Positions 51,315 to 59,545 of a stretch of 64,000 bases of DNA are shown piece by piece (within the stretch, counting starts at the first letter, position 1; the number at the start of each line of letters is the position of its first letter). Made by a program: the position numbers and the translations under genes. Under the pieces are notes generated by a model, which did not search any database, was not told where the DNA came from, and saw only the letters and a program-made list of their open reading frames with translations. This stretch comes from a candidate division WOR-3 bacterium (GTDB taxonomy: Bacteria; Hydrothermota; Hydrothermia; LBFQ01). Location: NCBI GenBank assembly GCA_039802605.1, contig JBDRWW010000002.1, positions 96,001-160,000 of the forward strand. The letters run 5' to 3'.

Positions 51315-53668
51315 TCCCTTTCCACCCGAACCTCCTCAAATACTTCCTTTAACACATCCCCAACGGTTTCGACAAAGACGAATTCAAGCCTGTTTTTCAC
51401 CGTTTGGGGAACATCTTCAAGGTCCTTTTTGTTCCAAGATGGCATTATAACCTTCTTAATACCAGCCCTGTCGGCCGCCAAAACCTTTTCCTTTATACCA
51501 CCAACGGGTAATATCTTCCCCCTTAATGTTATTTCCCCGGTCATCGCAATGTCCGCGGGTACGGGTATGTTTAAGGCCAAGGAGTAAAGGGCAACAAACA
51601 TGGTTATACCGGCGGATGGGCCATCCTTAGGTATTGCCCCGGAAGGTACATGTAGGTGTATAAACCCCTTATCCCAGAATTCCGGCGGAACACCCCTTTC
51701 GGCGGAATACTTTCGGGCCAATGTTAAAGCCGCTTCTGCGGATTCCCTCATAACCTCACCCAACTTACCCGTAAGTTTAAACCCCTTTTCACCCGGTACC
51801 CTTATCGCCTCAACAAAGAGGACCGAACCACCCACGGGTGTCCACGCCAATCCCGTAGCCACACCTACCTTTGCTTCCCTTTCGGCCAGTTCGGGGAAGT
51901 ATTCCGGTTTTCCTAAGAATTCTTCAACATTTTCCGGGGTTATGACAAAATCGCAGGCCTCCCCCTCCTCCGTAACCTTCAGGGCTATCCTCCTAAAAAT
52001 CCTGTTAATCTTTCTCTGCAACTCCCTAACACCCGCTTCCCTCGTGTATTCCTCTATTATCCTCGTCAAAGCCCTCTCATTAAATTCAACCCTACAATCC
52101 TTTAAACCGGTTTCTTCCTTTTGTTTGGGTATTATGAAGTTTAAGGCTATTTGGATCTTTTCCTCTAAGACATATCCGGGTATCTCTATGACTTCCATCC
52201 TATCAAGCAACGGTGCGGGAATGGTTAATGTCGTATTTGCGGTGGTTATAAAGAAAACCTTTGAGAGGTCAAAGGGGAGGTCCAAATAATGGTCTTTAAA
52301 GGAATGGTTTTGCTCCGGGTCTAAAACTTCAAGTAAAGCGGAGGCCGGATCTCCCCTCCAATCGGTGCCGAGTTTGTCTATTTCGTCGAGCATCATAACG
52401 GGATTATTACTACCCGCTTCCTTCAAGGCCATAATTATCCTTCCCGGCAAGGCGCCCACATATGTCCTCCTGTGCCCCCTTATTTCGGCCTCATCCCTAA
52501 CACCCCCAAGGCTCAACCTAACAAACTTTTTATTCAAGGCCCTCGCTATTGACCTACCCAAACTCGTCTTTCCGACACCCGGAGGACCTACAAAGCAAAG
52601 GATGGGGGCTTTACCCGTAGGGTTTAACTTTTTTATTGCTATATACTCTAAAATCCTCTCCTTAACCCTTTCAAGGTCGTAATGGTCTTCGTCCAAAACC
52701 CTCCTCGCGTTGGCCACATCCATGTTATCCTCTGTGCTTTCAAGCCATGGGAGGTCTAATATCCATTCCAAATATGTTCTTATAACATGGTATTCCGGGG
52801 ATGCGGATGGCACCCTTTGGAGCCTCCTCAACTCCGTTTCCGCAGCCTTTCTAACATAATCCGGTAGGGGCTTCTCCTTTAACCTCTTTTCAAGCTCCGC
52901 TATTTCGGACTGTTCATCGGATATTCCCAATTCCTTTTGTATTGCTTTTAGTTGCTCCCTTAGGAAGTATTCCCTCTGCGCCTTCTCCATTTCCTCCTGA
53001 ACGCTCCTTTGTATCTTCTGAGATAACTCTTGCAATTCAACCTCACGAGTGGCGTATTTTAAAACCAATTCCAAGCGCTTCTTTACATCCAATGTTTCCA
53101 AAATCTCATACCTCTCTTCCGGTTTAAGGTTCTGTAAAAGCGACGCCGAAACATCCGCCAACATAGATGGTTTGGGTAAATTTGAAAGGGCTCCAACGGC
53201 TTCCTGAGGTATCTTTTGGTAATCCGCCAACTTCCTCATGGTTTGTAGTAATGCCTCCTTTAAGGGTAGGAGTTCATCATCCGGGTAGTCTATTTCGTGT
53301 AATTCTTCAACCTCGGCCATTATGTAAGGTTCGAGTTGTACCTGTCTTAAAATCTTTATCCTCTTTACGCCGCTTAGGATTATACGGATGTTTCCATCGG
53401 GCAACCTGTTCATCCTCATAAGGATGGATGCCGTTCCTACCGGATATAAATCTTCTATACCCTGAACATCCCTTTCCGGGTCTTTTTGCATAAAGGCGCC
53501 TATGATTTTCGGCTCGGTGGGTGTGGAAAGTACGGAATTTACAAGCCTCTTAGACCTTTCAACCCCAACCAAAACTGGAACCGTTGAAAAGGGGAATATG
53601 ACCCCCCCCTTAACGGGTAAAATTGGCAATTCCCTTGGTACATCAATTTGCTCAAAAGGCACTTGCAT
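51311..53668 (-). CDS. lon: Lon protease
   Basis: GPPGVGKTS, DEAEIRGHRRTY, PKDGPSAG, GGIKEK. Confidence 0.97.
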   Translation of the reverse strand: MQVPFEQIDVPRELPILPVKGGVIFPFSTVPVLVGVERSKRLVNSVLSTPTEPKIIGAFMQKDPERDVQGIEDLYPVGTASILMRMNRLPDGNIRIILSGVKRIKILRQVQLEPYIMAEVEELHEIDYPDDELLPLKEALLQTMRKLADYQKIPQEAVGALSNLPKPSMLADVSASLLQNLKPEERYEILETLDVKKRLELVLKYATREVELQELSQKIQRSVQEEMEKAQREYFLREQLKAIQKELGISDEQSEIAELEKRLKEKPLPDYVRKAAETELRRLQRVPSASPEYHVIRTYLEWILDLPWLESTEDNMDVANARRVLDEDHYDLERVKERILEYIAIKKLNPTGKAPILCFVGPPGVGKTSLGRSIARALNKKFVRLSLGGVRDEAEIRGHRRTYVGALPGRIIMALKEAGSNNPVMMLDEIDKLGTDWRGDPASALLEVLDPEQNHSFKDHYLDLPFDLSKVFFITTANTTLTIPAPLLDRMEVIEIPGYVLEEKIQIALNFIIPKQKEETGLKDCRVEFNERALTRIIEEYTREAGVRELQRKINRIFRRIALKVTEEGEACDFVITPENVEEFLGKPEYFPELAEREAKVGVATGLAWTPVGGSVLFVEAIRVPGEKGFKLTGKLGEVMRESAEAALTLARKYSAERGVPPEFWDKGFIHLHVPSGAIPKDGPSAGITMFVALYSLALNIPVPADIAMTGEITLRGKILPVGGIKEKVLAADRAGIKKVIMPSWNKKDLEDVPQTVKNRLEFVFVETVGDVLKEVFEEVRVERD

Positions 53669-53669
53669 T

Positions 53670-54053
53670 TTACTTTACCTCTATTTGTATTGTCCTCTTT
53701 TTCTTTGGTATCCTAATTTCCAAAAGCCCGTTTTCGTATTTACTCGTTATCCCATCCACATCTATATCCGCGTTTAAATATAGCCTCCTTTCAAAGGGTC
53801 CGAAATATATTTCCGCTATGTGGTAAATCCTGTTTCCCGGACCTTCCGGTTCCGGTCTTTTGCCGGAAATTATCAATGTCCCGTTATCGTATAAAACTTT
53901 TAAAGAGTTTTTATCCGCCCCTCCAACGGCCATATATACCACAAATTCGTCATCCGTTTCGTAGGCGCTTATGGGAGGTTTATAAACCCTATACCCAACC
54001 CTTGATATGTTTCCAAAAAACTCTTCAAACTCTTCAAAGGGGTCCTTAAACAT
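53670..54053 (-). CDS. Small heat-shock protein Hsp20
   Basis: YETDDE, L.ISGKR, E..FG.FER, YENGLLEIRIPK. Confidence 0.9.
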   Translation of the reverse strand: MFKDPFEEFEEFFGNISRVGYRVYKPPISAYETDDEFVVYMAVGGADKNSLKVLYDNGTLIISGKRPEPEGPGNRIYHIAEIYFGPFERRLYLNADIDVDGITSKYENGLLEIRIPKKKRTIQIEVK

Positions 54054-54244
54054 TACTTTAACCCCAAACCCGCCAAAACCTTTATTGCGTCCCCTTTCTT
54101 TAAGTATGCGGCTTTCCTTAGTCTCCTCTTTCTCGCCTTACTCTTTTTAGGCCCCAAATTGTGCCTCCTACCGCTCCTCTGGTGTTTCACCTTGCCATTT
54201 GCGGTAATTTTAAACCTCTTTGCTATGGACTTCTTGGTTTTCAT
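54053..54244 (-). CDS. rpmI: 50S ribosomal protein L35
   Basis: KTKKSIAKRFKITANGK, RH, K..RRL. Confidence 0.93.
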   Translation of the reverse strand: MKTKKSIAKRFKITANGKVKHQRSGRRHNLGPKKSKARKRRLRKAAYLKKGDAIKVLAGLGLK

Positions 54245-54252
54245 AAACGGTA

Positions 54253-54284
54253 ATTCTAAGGCCGGAAAAAAACCGTTATATAAT
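54253..54284. promoter_or_regulatory. Divergent -10 boxes for rpmI (-) and Argonaute (+)
   Basis: TAGAAT on - (54253-54258) 8 nt from rpmI ATG; TATAAT on + (54279-54284) 9 nt from ATG 54294. Confidence 0.6.
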
Positions 54285-54293
54285 ACCCCGTTT

Positions 54294-56327
54294 ATGCCGA
54301 GAATTAACGCTTTTAAGATTGATATTTCAAAAATCCCGAGTATAAATTATTACAGGCTTAACGAGGGGTTTCAGAATGATGCGGAAATGTTTTCATTTTC
54401 GTGGAGAAACGGTGGAATTTTTTGGGAGGATTATTTTTTAACACCCTTAGAGTATAGTGAAATACCCGATAAAGACCGTTTAAAACAAGTTAAAAGTTTT
54501 CCCTTTCTTTCCAAAGATTTGAACACGGAAACCCGCATAGATTTACTGCACCGTTATACCTCCTTTAAACTCAAAAAATTGGGCGTTTTGAAAAAGATAA
54601 AAAACAATATAAAACAAAGCCTTTTAGAAAGGGGGATAAAGGAGGTTATAGGTAGGTTTGTCTGGGATGTTGAGGTCCTTGACGATGTAATATTTAACGG
54701 CGAATTTTACTATGTCCTGAATTTTAGAATTAGAATATTCTTTAACCAAAACCTATGGGATTATGTGGGGAGAAATCCGGAAAGGTTAAACGGTTTAAAA
54801 GGCAAGGGTTTTAGGTTTAAATTGAACCCAAAGTATATATACTACATTGAAAAAGTTTATAAGGATGAGGCGAAAAGCAAGGAAATATTAGATTACCTAC
54901 ACTTTAAGTATCCGAAATATATGCAAAAAGTTAATCTTGACGAAAATCAGCCGATAATATTGGGTTCCCGGGGTTATCGCAAATACCCGTATTTACCCCA
55001 GCTGTGTTATTTATCCGCTAAAATGGATGAAATTGATGGATGGGAGATAAGGGAATTTAAGAATCTATGGATTTTAACGAATCAACATAGGTTTGAGATT
55101 ATAAGATCTGCATTTGAAAATAGCACGAATAAACGACCCGAGATTTTAGAGGTTAATAGCAGGATATACCCAAAGCCGGAAATTTTGGTAAATCAGAAGG
55201 ATGGGAAGATATTGGGGGAAGGTTTTAGACCTTACTATGTTCCCAAAATCCTACCAAAGGAATTGGATACATACATACTTATTGATAAAAATCTGGGCTA
55301 TAACTCCGTAAAAGATTTCGTTGAGGATTTCTTAAAAGCCTTTAATTCAATTTCCCAAATCCCAAGGTTAAGGGTTGTAAAAAGGATAGAATTCTCCCCG
55401 GAAAAAATAATAGATGCGGATAAAGAAACGGAAGTACGCGATCCCCTGGCGTTTTCATTAATCATATTCCGCATTAAATACACATCAAACAACGGGGAAA
55501 AACCCTATGAAAGTATTAAAAGGTTGCTATTCAACAAAAACATAATTTCGCAGACCTTGATATACTCCAACATAAAAGAAAACAACATGGAAATAATCCT
55601 TAAAAACCTCATCGTTCAGAGTATGTCAAAGTTGGGTATAAGGGCTTTTACATTAAAAAGCGAAATCCCCTACGATTATACTATTGGGGTTGATGTTGGG
55701 AGGACTTGGAGGGGAAATTTGGGAGTGGGTGGTTGTTCGGTTGTGATAACGGGCGACGGTGTGGTCAAAAGGATAGTTCCGATTCCTCAACCCACAACCG
55801 GAGATACTTTAAAAATCTCGTGGTTTTTGGGAAGGATACATGCAAAGGATAGGCTTTCGGGTAAAAGGGTTTTGGTTTTGAGGGATGGGAATTTGAGGAA
55901 GGAAGAATTGGATGATTTGTATCATTTTGTTAAGGATTACGGGGTTGAAGTTTTAACATATATGAATGTTGTAAAAAGGCATAGGGTTTTTATGGTTTCG
56001 GAGGAAAACGGGGAAGGGGTTGTATTTGGCGATGGTTCAGGGCTTTTATTACCGCACGGAAGGGACTATAAGGAGGTTGGTCCAAAGCCCATAAGGATAA
56101 AGGACAAGTATGTATTTGATAAAGGGGGATTTCAAAAGGTTGAAGTACTCTATCAGGATTTAAAGGTTTTGAACGATTTGACATATTTGGTATTTTCAAT
56201 GCTTCCCTTAAAAAAGACCAAACTGCCCGCACCCATAGGCCTTGCGGATAAGTTCGTTAAGGCGTTGGGTAAAAACTGGTCGATAAGGGAGGAACTTTTG
56301 GAAAACGGGTTGCTTTATTTCCTGTAA
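54294..56327 (+). CDS. ago: Long prokaryotic Argonaute (PAZ-MID-PIWI), MjAgo-like, 677 aa
   Basis: PAZ (DENQPII..YPYLPQLC), MID Y..IK/SQ/KLG, PIWI YDYTIGVDVG, VLRDG, PAPIGLADKFVK, C-terminal LYFL; ORF-track start 54159 overlaps rpmI and is unlikely. Confidence 0.9.
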   Translation: MPRINAFKIDISKIPSINYYRLNEGFQNDAEMFSFSWRNGGIFWEDYFLTPLEYSEIPDKDRLKQVKSFPFLSKDLNTETRIDLLHRYTSFKLKKLGVLKKIKNNIKQSLLERGIKEVIGRFVWDVEVLDDVIFNGEFYYVLNFRIRIFFNQNLWDYVGRNPERLNGLKGKGFRFKLNPKYIYYIEKVYKDEAKSKEILDYLHFKYPKYMQKVNLDENQPIILGSRGYRKYPYLPQLCYLSAKMDEIDGWEIREFKNLWILTNQHRFEIIRSAFENSTNKRPEILEVNSRIYPKPEILVNQKDGKILGEGFRPYYVPKILPKELDTYILIDKNLGYNSVKDFVEDFLKAFNSISQIPRLRVVKRIEFSPEKIIDADKETEVRDPLAFSLIIFRIKYTSNNGEKPYESIKRLLFNKNIISQTLIYSNIKENNMEIILKNLIVQSMSKLGIRAFTLKSEIPYDYTIGVDVGRTWRGNLGVGGCSVVITGDGVVKRIVPIPQPTTGDTLKISWFLGRIHAKDRLSGKRVLVLRDGNLRKEELDDLYHFVKDYGVEVLTYMNVVKRHRVFMVSEENGEGVVFGDGSGLLLPHGRDYKEVGPKPIRIKDKYVFDKGGFQKVEVLYQDLKVLNDLTYLVFSMLPLKKTKLPAPIGLADKFVKALGKNWSIREELLENGLLYFL

Positions 56328-56388
56328 TTTATGTAGTGAAAAAATATTTACACTACAAAATTTGAATCAACCTTATAATACCCGTACT

Positions 56389-58074
56389 ATGGAACCGAGG
56401 TTTTTGAAGGCTTATGAAATGCTGTTCGCAAATTTTGGGGAGAGCGAATTTACATATGAGGATGCGGAAAGCGTGCTCGGAAAGGATTTCGCCAATATTA
56501 GAGAAGTTATATCCCAACTAAAACGGGAAAAATTAATAAAGTATTTGGGGAGATACGAAAACGATAACAGAATAAAGAGGTTTAAACTGGTACCCTTAGC
56601 CAAGGTGGTAAATTCCAGAGGGGAACTTATAAGCATACTTAAACAATCCGCCGATCTTATAAGGACAAGGGTGGATTATAGGGTTTTGTTAATCCTCCTA
56701 TTCTACAAGTCCATAAGCGACAAGTGGTATAAAACCGTTGAGTATTATAAAAGGCAGGGATATAACGAGAATACCGCCAAGGATCTGGCCGATGCGGATG
56801 TTTTACGCCTACGGGATAAAAACGGGGACGAAATAACATGGCATAGTGCGGGAAATAATTCCCAAAAATTGGTTGAAAACCTTTCAAAGTTGGAAGACCT
56901 AAACGGTGATGAACTGAAAGGGTTTAAGAGTTTGCTCCAAATAACTCAAATCGCCGATCTGGTGAATAACTCCGGTAATATCTCCATATTTTCGCAAATA
57001 ATACAACTTTTCGGCAATATTGACTTTTCCAATTATCCTTACGATGTTCTTGGAGATGGATACGAGTGGATACTCGGATATTTTGCCCCTCAGAAAGCCA
57101 AAGAGGGGGAAGTTTATACACCCAAAGAGGTCAGTAGGCTGTTGGCCGAAATCCTTGATCCAGAAACCAATTACGATATACTTGACCCCGCAAGTGGTTC
57201 CGGTTCTTTATTAATAGAGATGTATAAAAAGATGGCGGAAAAAGGCGAACCCAATGGTATGCTTTACGGTCAAGAGGTAAATAGCGTTATGGCGATTATT
57301 TCAAGGTTAAACTTTAAACTCCATAATATTACCAACTTCAAGATATATGAAGGCGATTCCTTATTATCTCCCCAGTTTGAACATGCGGATATAGTGGTTG
57401 CAAATCCGCCTTGGAATCAGGACGGATATAACGAGAAAAATCTCGGAAATATAAGGGATATATACTATTATGGCTTTACAAATAAAAAATCCGCCGATTG
57501 GGCTTGGATACAGTTGATAACTTACTACGCCAAGAAAAGGGCGGGTGTTATCATAGATACCGGGGCGCTTACAAGGGGTGGAAGGGAAGGAAAGATAAGA
57601 AGGAAATTTATAGAATCCGGGATAATAGACGCTGTAATCCTTTTACCTGAAAAGTTGTTTTATAACACCCAAGCACCCGCATGCATAATAATTTTTAACA
57701 AGGAGAAACCTAAGGACAAAAACGATAAAATTCTGTTCATAAATGCGAGTTATCTATACAAATCCCACCCAGATGTTAAAAAATTAAACATATTGGGTGA
57801 GGATAACATAGAGGAAATAGTGGATGCTTATAACGGTTATTATGAGGGAAGGGAACTTCCGGAATTTGCAAGGGTTGTATCAATTGATGAAATCGCAAAT
57901 AACAACTATAACCTTAATGTTTCCCTATATGTTCATTTGGGTGAAGAAAATGAAAGGGTTGATATTTTTGAAGAGTTTATGAACCTTATGAGTTTAAACG
58001 AAGAGTACGAGGCACTGTTTAATAGGATAAGCGGGTATATGGAGGAAATAAAGAAATTGGAGGGTGAGATATGA
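56389..58074 (+). CDS. hsdM: Type I R-M methyltransferase HsdM with N-terminal wHTH-like extension
   Basis: GDGYE, GEVYTP, DPASGSG, YGQE, NPPW, LFYNT; TATAAT 56374-56379 9 nt before ATG. Confidence 0.92.
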   Translation: MEPRFLKAYEMLFANFGESEFTYEDAESVLGKDFANIREVISQLKREKLIKYLGRYENDNRIKRFKLVPLAKVVNSRGELISILKQSADLIRTRVDYRVLLILLFYKSISDKWYKTVEYYKRQGYNENTAKDLADADVLRLRDKNGDEITWHSAGNNSQKLVENLSKLEDLNGDELKGFKSLLQITQIADLVNNSGNISIFSQIIQLFGNIDFSNYPYDVLGDGYEWILGYFAPQKAKEGEVYTPKEVSRLLAEILDPETNYDILDPASGSGSLLIEMYKKMAEKGEPNGMLYGQEVNSVMAIISRLNFKLHNITNFKIYEGDSLLSPQFEHADIVVANPPWNQDGYNEKNLGNIRDIYYYGFTNKKSADWAWIQLITYYAKKRAGVIIDTGALTRGGREGKIRRKFIESGIIDAVILLPEKLFYNTQAPACIIIFNKEKPKDKNDKILFINASYLYKSHPDVKKLNILGEDNIEEIVDAYNGYYEGRELPEFARVVSIDEIANNNYNLNVSLYVHLGEENERVDIFEEFMNLMSLNEEYEALFNRISGYMEEIKKLEGEI

Positions 58075-58334
58075 GGGTATCCAAAATTAAGGAAAACAAT
58101 TACTCCGAGGCTTATGTAGGAAGAACGAGCAATGTTAATAGGAGAATAAACCAAATCCGACGAAGTATTGGAAAGTTTAAAGATGTGTATATAGTTTATG
58201 CAACCAAAAATTTAGAACATGCCAAAAGTATGGAAGGCGAGATGAGATCGTTATCCATTCTAAACCAATCAGATGGTTCCGATGGTTCAAAAGGCCAACC
58301 ACCTTATTATGTATATGTCGCTTTTAGGAGGTAA
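58071..58334 (+). CDS. Small GIY-YIG-like protein (apparently circularly permuted)
   Basis: YVGRTSNVNRR, AKSME, LN, C-terminal YYVYV; SD GGAGGG and ATGA overlap with hsdM. Confidence 0.55.
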   Translation: MRVSKIKENNYSEAYVGRTSNVNRRINQIRRSIGKFKDVYIVYATKNLEHAKSMEGEMRSLSILNQSDGSDGSKGQPPYYVYVAFRR

Positions 58335-58337
58335 AGT

Positions 58338-59543
58338 ATGAATGGGATAAGGTTTTATAAGGAATTGGATTTTAAGGATACGGAAGTTGGGAGGATACCG
58401 AAGGATTGGGAGGTTAGGAGGTTGGGGGAGGTGGCAGAAATAAAAAATGGAAAATCAGATGTAAAGGATGCGGTTCCGGGTGGGTTATATCCCTTCTTTG
58501 ATCGTTCAACCGTAGTAAAAAAGAGTAACAGATACCTTTTTGATACGGAAGCCGTAATAATACCGGGTGAAGGGTATAAATTCATACCAAAGTATTATAA
58601 CGGTAAATTTGATTTACACCAAAGGGCTTATGCTTTATTTAACTTTGATATATCAACTTATGCCCCATATGTCTTTTACGCTTTACAATGGGATAAAATT
58701 CAAAACATCCTAATACGCCGAGCGGTTGGATTTACAGCATTATCGCTAAGAAAACCTATTATTCAAAACTTCCCCATCCCCCTCCCCCCTCTCCCAGAAC
58801 AGAAAGCCATCGCTAAGGTTTTGAGCGATTTTGATAAGCTTATTGAGGTTATAGACAGGAAAATAAAGGCTTTGGAAAGGATAAAGAAGGGTATGATGGA
58901 TATTTACTTTACGAGGGGAGTGTTTGAACACAAAGAATTTATTTACAGCAAGGAACTGGGGCATGAGATACCGAAGGATTGGGAGGTTAAAAAATTAACA
59001 GATTTGGCCGATCTGGAAAGGGGTAAAGAGGTGGGTTCTAAAAATTACAATAGGAAAGGGGAGGGAATAAGGTTTATAAGGGTTGTTGATCTTTCGGGTG
59101 CCCGTGATGATGTAGTTTATACGACTTCAAAAGATGTAAAAATTTGTAAAAAAGACGACATTTTAATAACCCTTGATGGGAGTGTAGGGATTGTAAGAAT
59201 GGGATTTGAAGGGGCTTATTCTTCGGGTATAAGGAAGGTGGTAATAAAGGATAAGGAGAAAGTTTTAAAGGATTTCCTATTCTTCGCTTTACAGGGCGAT
59301 TTGGTTCAATATGTTATAAAATCCTATTCTCGTGGAACTACAATTCAACATGCCGGCGAATCCGTTAAACATATTCCCATCCCCCTCCCCCCTCTCCCCG
59401 AACAGAAAGCCATAGCCGACAGGTTAAAATCTATTGATGATTTGATTGAAAACCGCAAAAGAATGAGGGAAAGTTTGGAGAGGATGAAAAAGTGGTTTAT
59501 GGGGAAATTGCTTATGGGTGAAATAAGGGTTAAGGAGGTGTAA
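58338..59543 (+). CDS. hsdS: Type I R-M specificity subunit HsdS (two TRDs)
   Basis: IPKDWEV x2, PIPLPPLPEQKAIA x2, K..M..LL.G.IRV. Confidence 0.95.
   Translation: MNGIRFYKELDFKDTEVGRIPKDWEVRRLGEVAEIKNGKSDVKDAVPGGLYPFFDRSTVVKKSNRYLFDTEAVIIPGEGYKFIPKYYNGKFDLHQRAYALFNFDISTYAPYVFYALQWDKIQNILIRRAVGFTALSLRKPIIQNFPIPLPPLPEQKAIAKVLSDFDKLIEVIDRKIKALERIKKGMMDIYFTRGVFEHKEFIYSKELGHEIPKDWEVKKLTDLADLERGKEVGSKNYNRKGEGIRFIRVVDLSGARDDVVYTTSKDVKICKKDDILITLDGSVGIVRMGFEGAYSSGIRKVVIKDKEKVLKDFLFFALQGDLVQYVIKSYSRGTTIQHAGESVKHIPIPLPPLPEQKAIADRLKSIDDLIENRKRMRESLERMKKWFMGKLLMGEIRVKEV
58394..58989 (+). repeat. 23-bp direct repeat GATACCGAAGGATTGGGAGGTTA at 58394-58416 and 58967-58989, preceding each TRD
   Basis: Identical copies read by eye. 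Confidence 0.85.
58773..59413 (+). repeat. 38-bp C-rich direct repeat (1 mismatch) at 58773-58810 and 59376-59413, following each TRD
   Basis: CCCATCCCCCTCCCCCCTCTCCC(A/C)GAACAGAAAGCCAT. Confidence 0.85.
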
Positions 59544-59545
59544 AG

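Noticed and set aside
54159..54293. ORF-track N-terminal extension of Argonaute (hydrophobic, signal-like)
   Set aside because: Overlaps rpmI antisense; ATG 54294 follows a TATAAT box like other genes here
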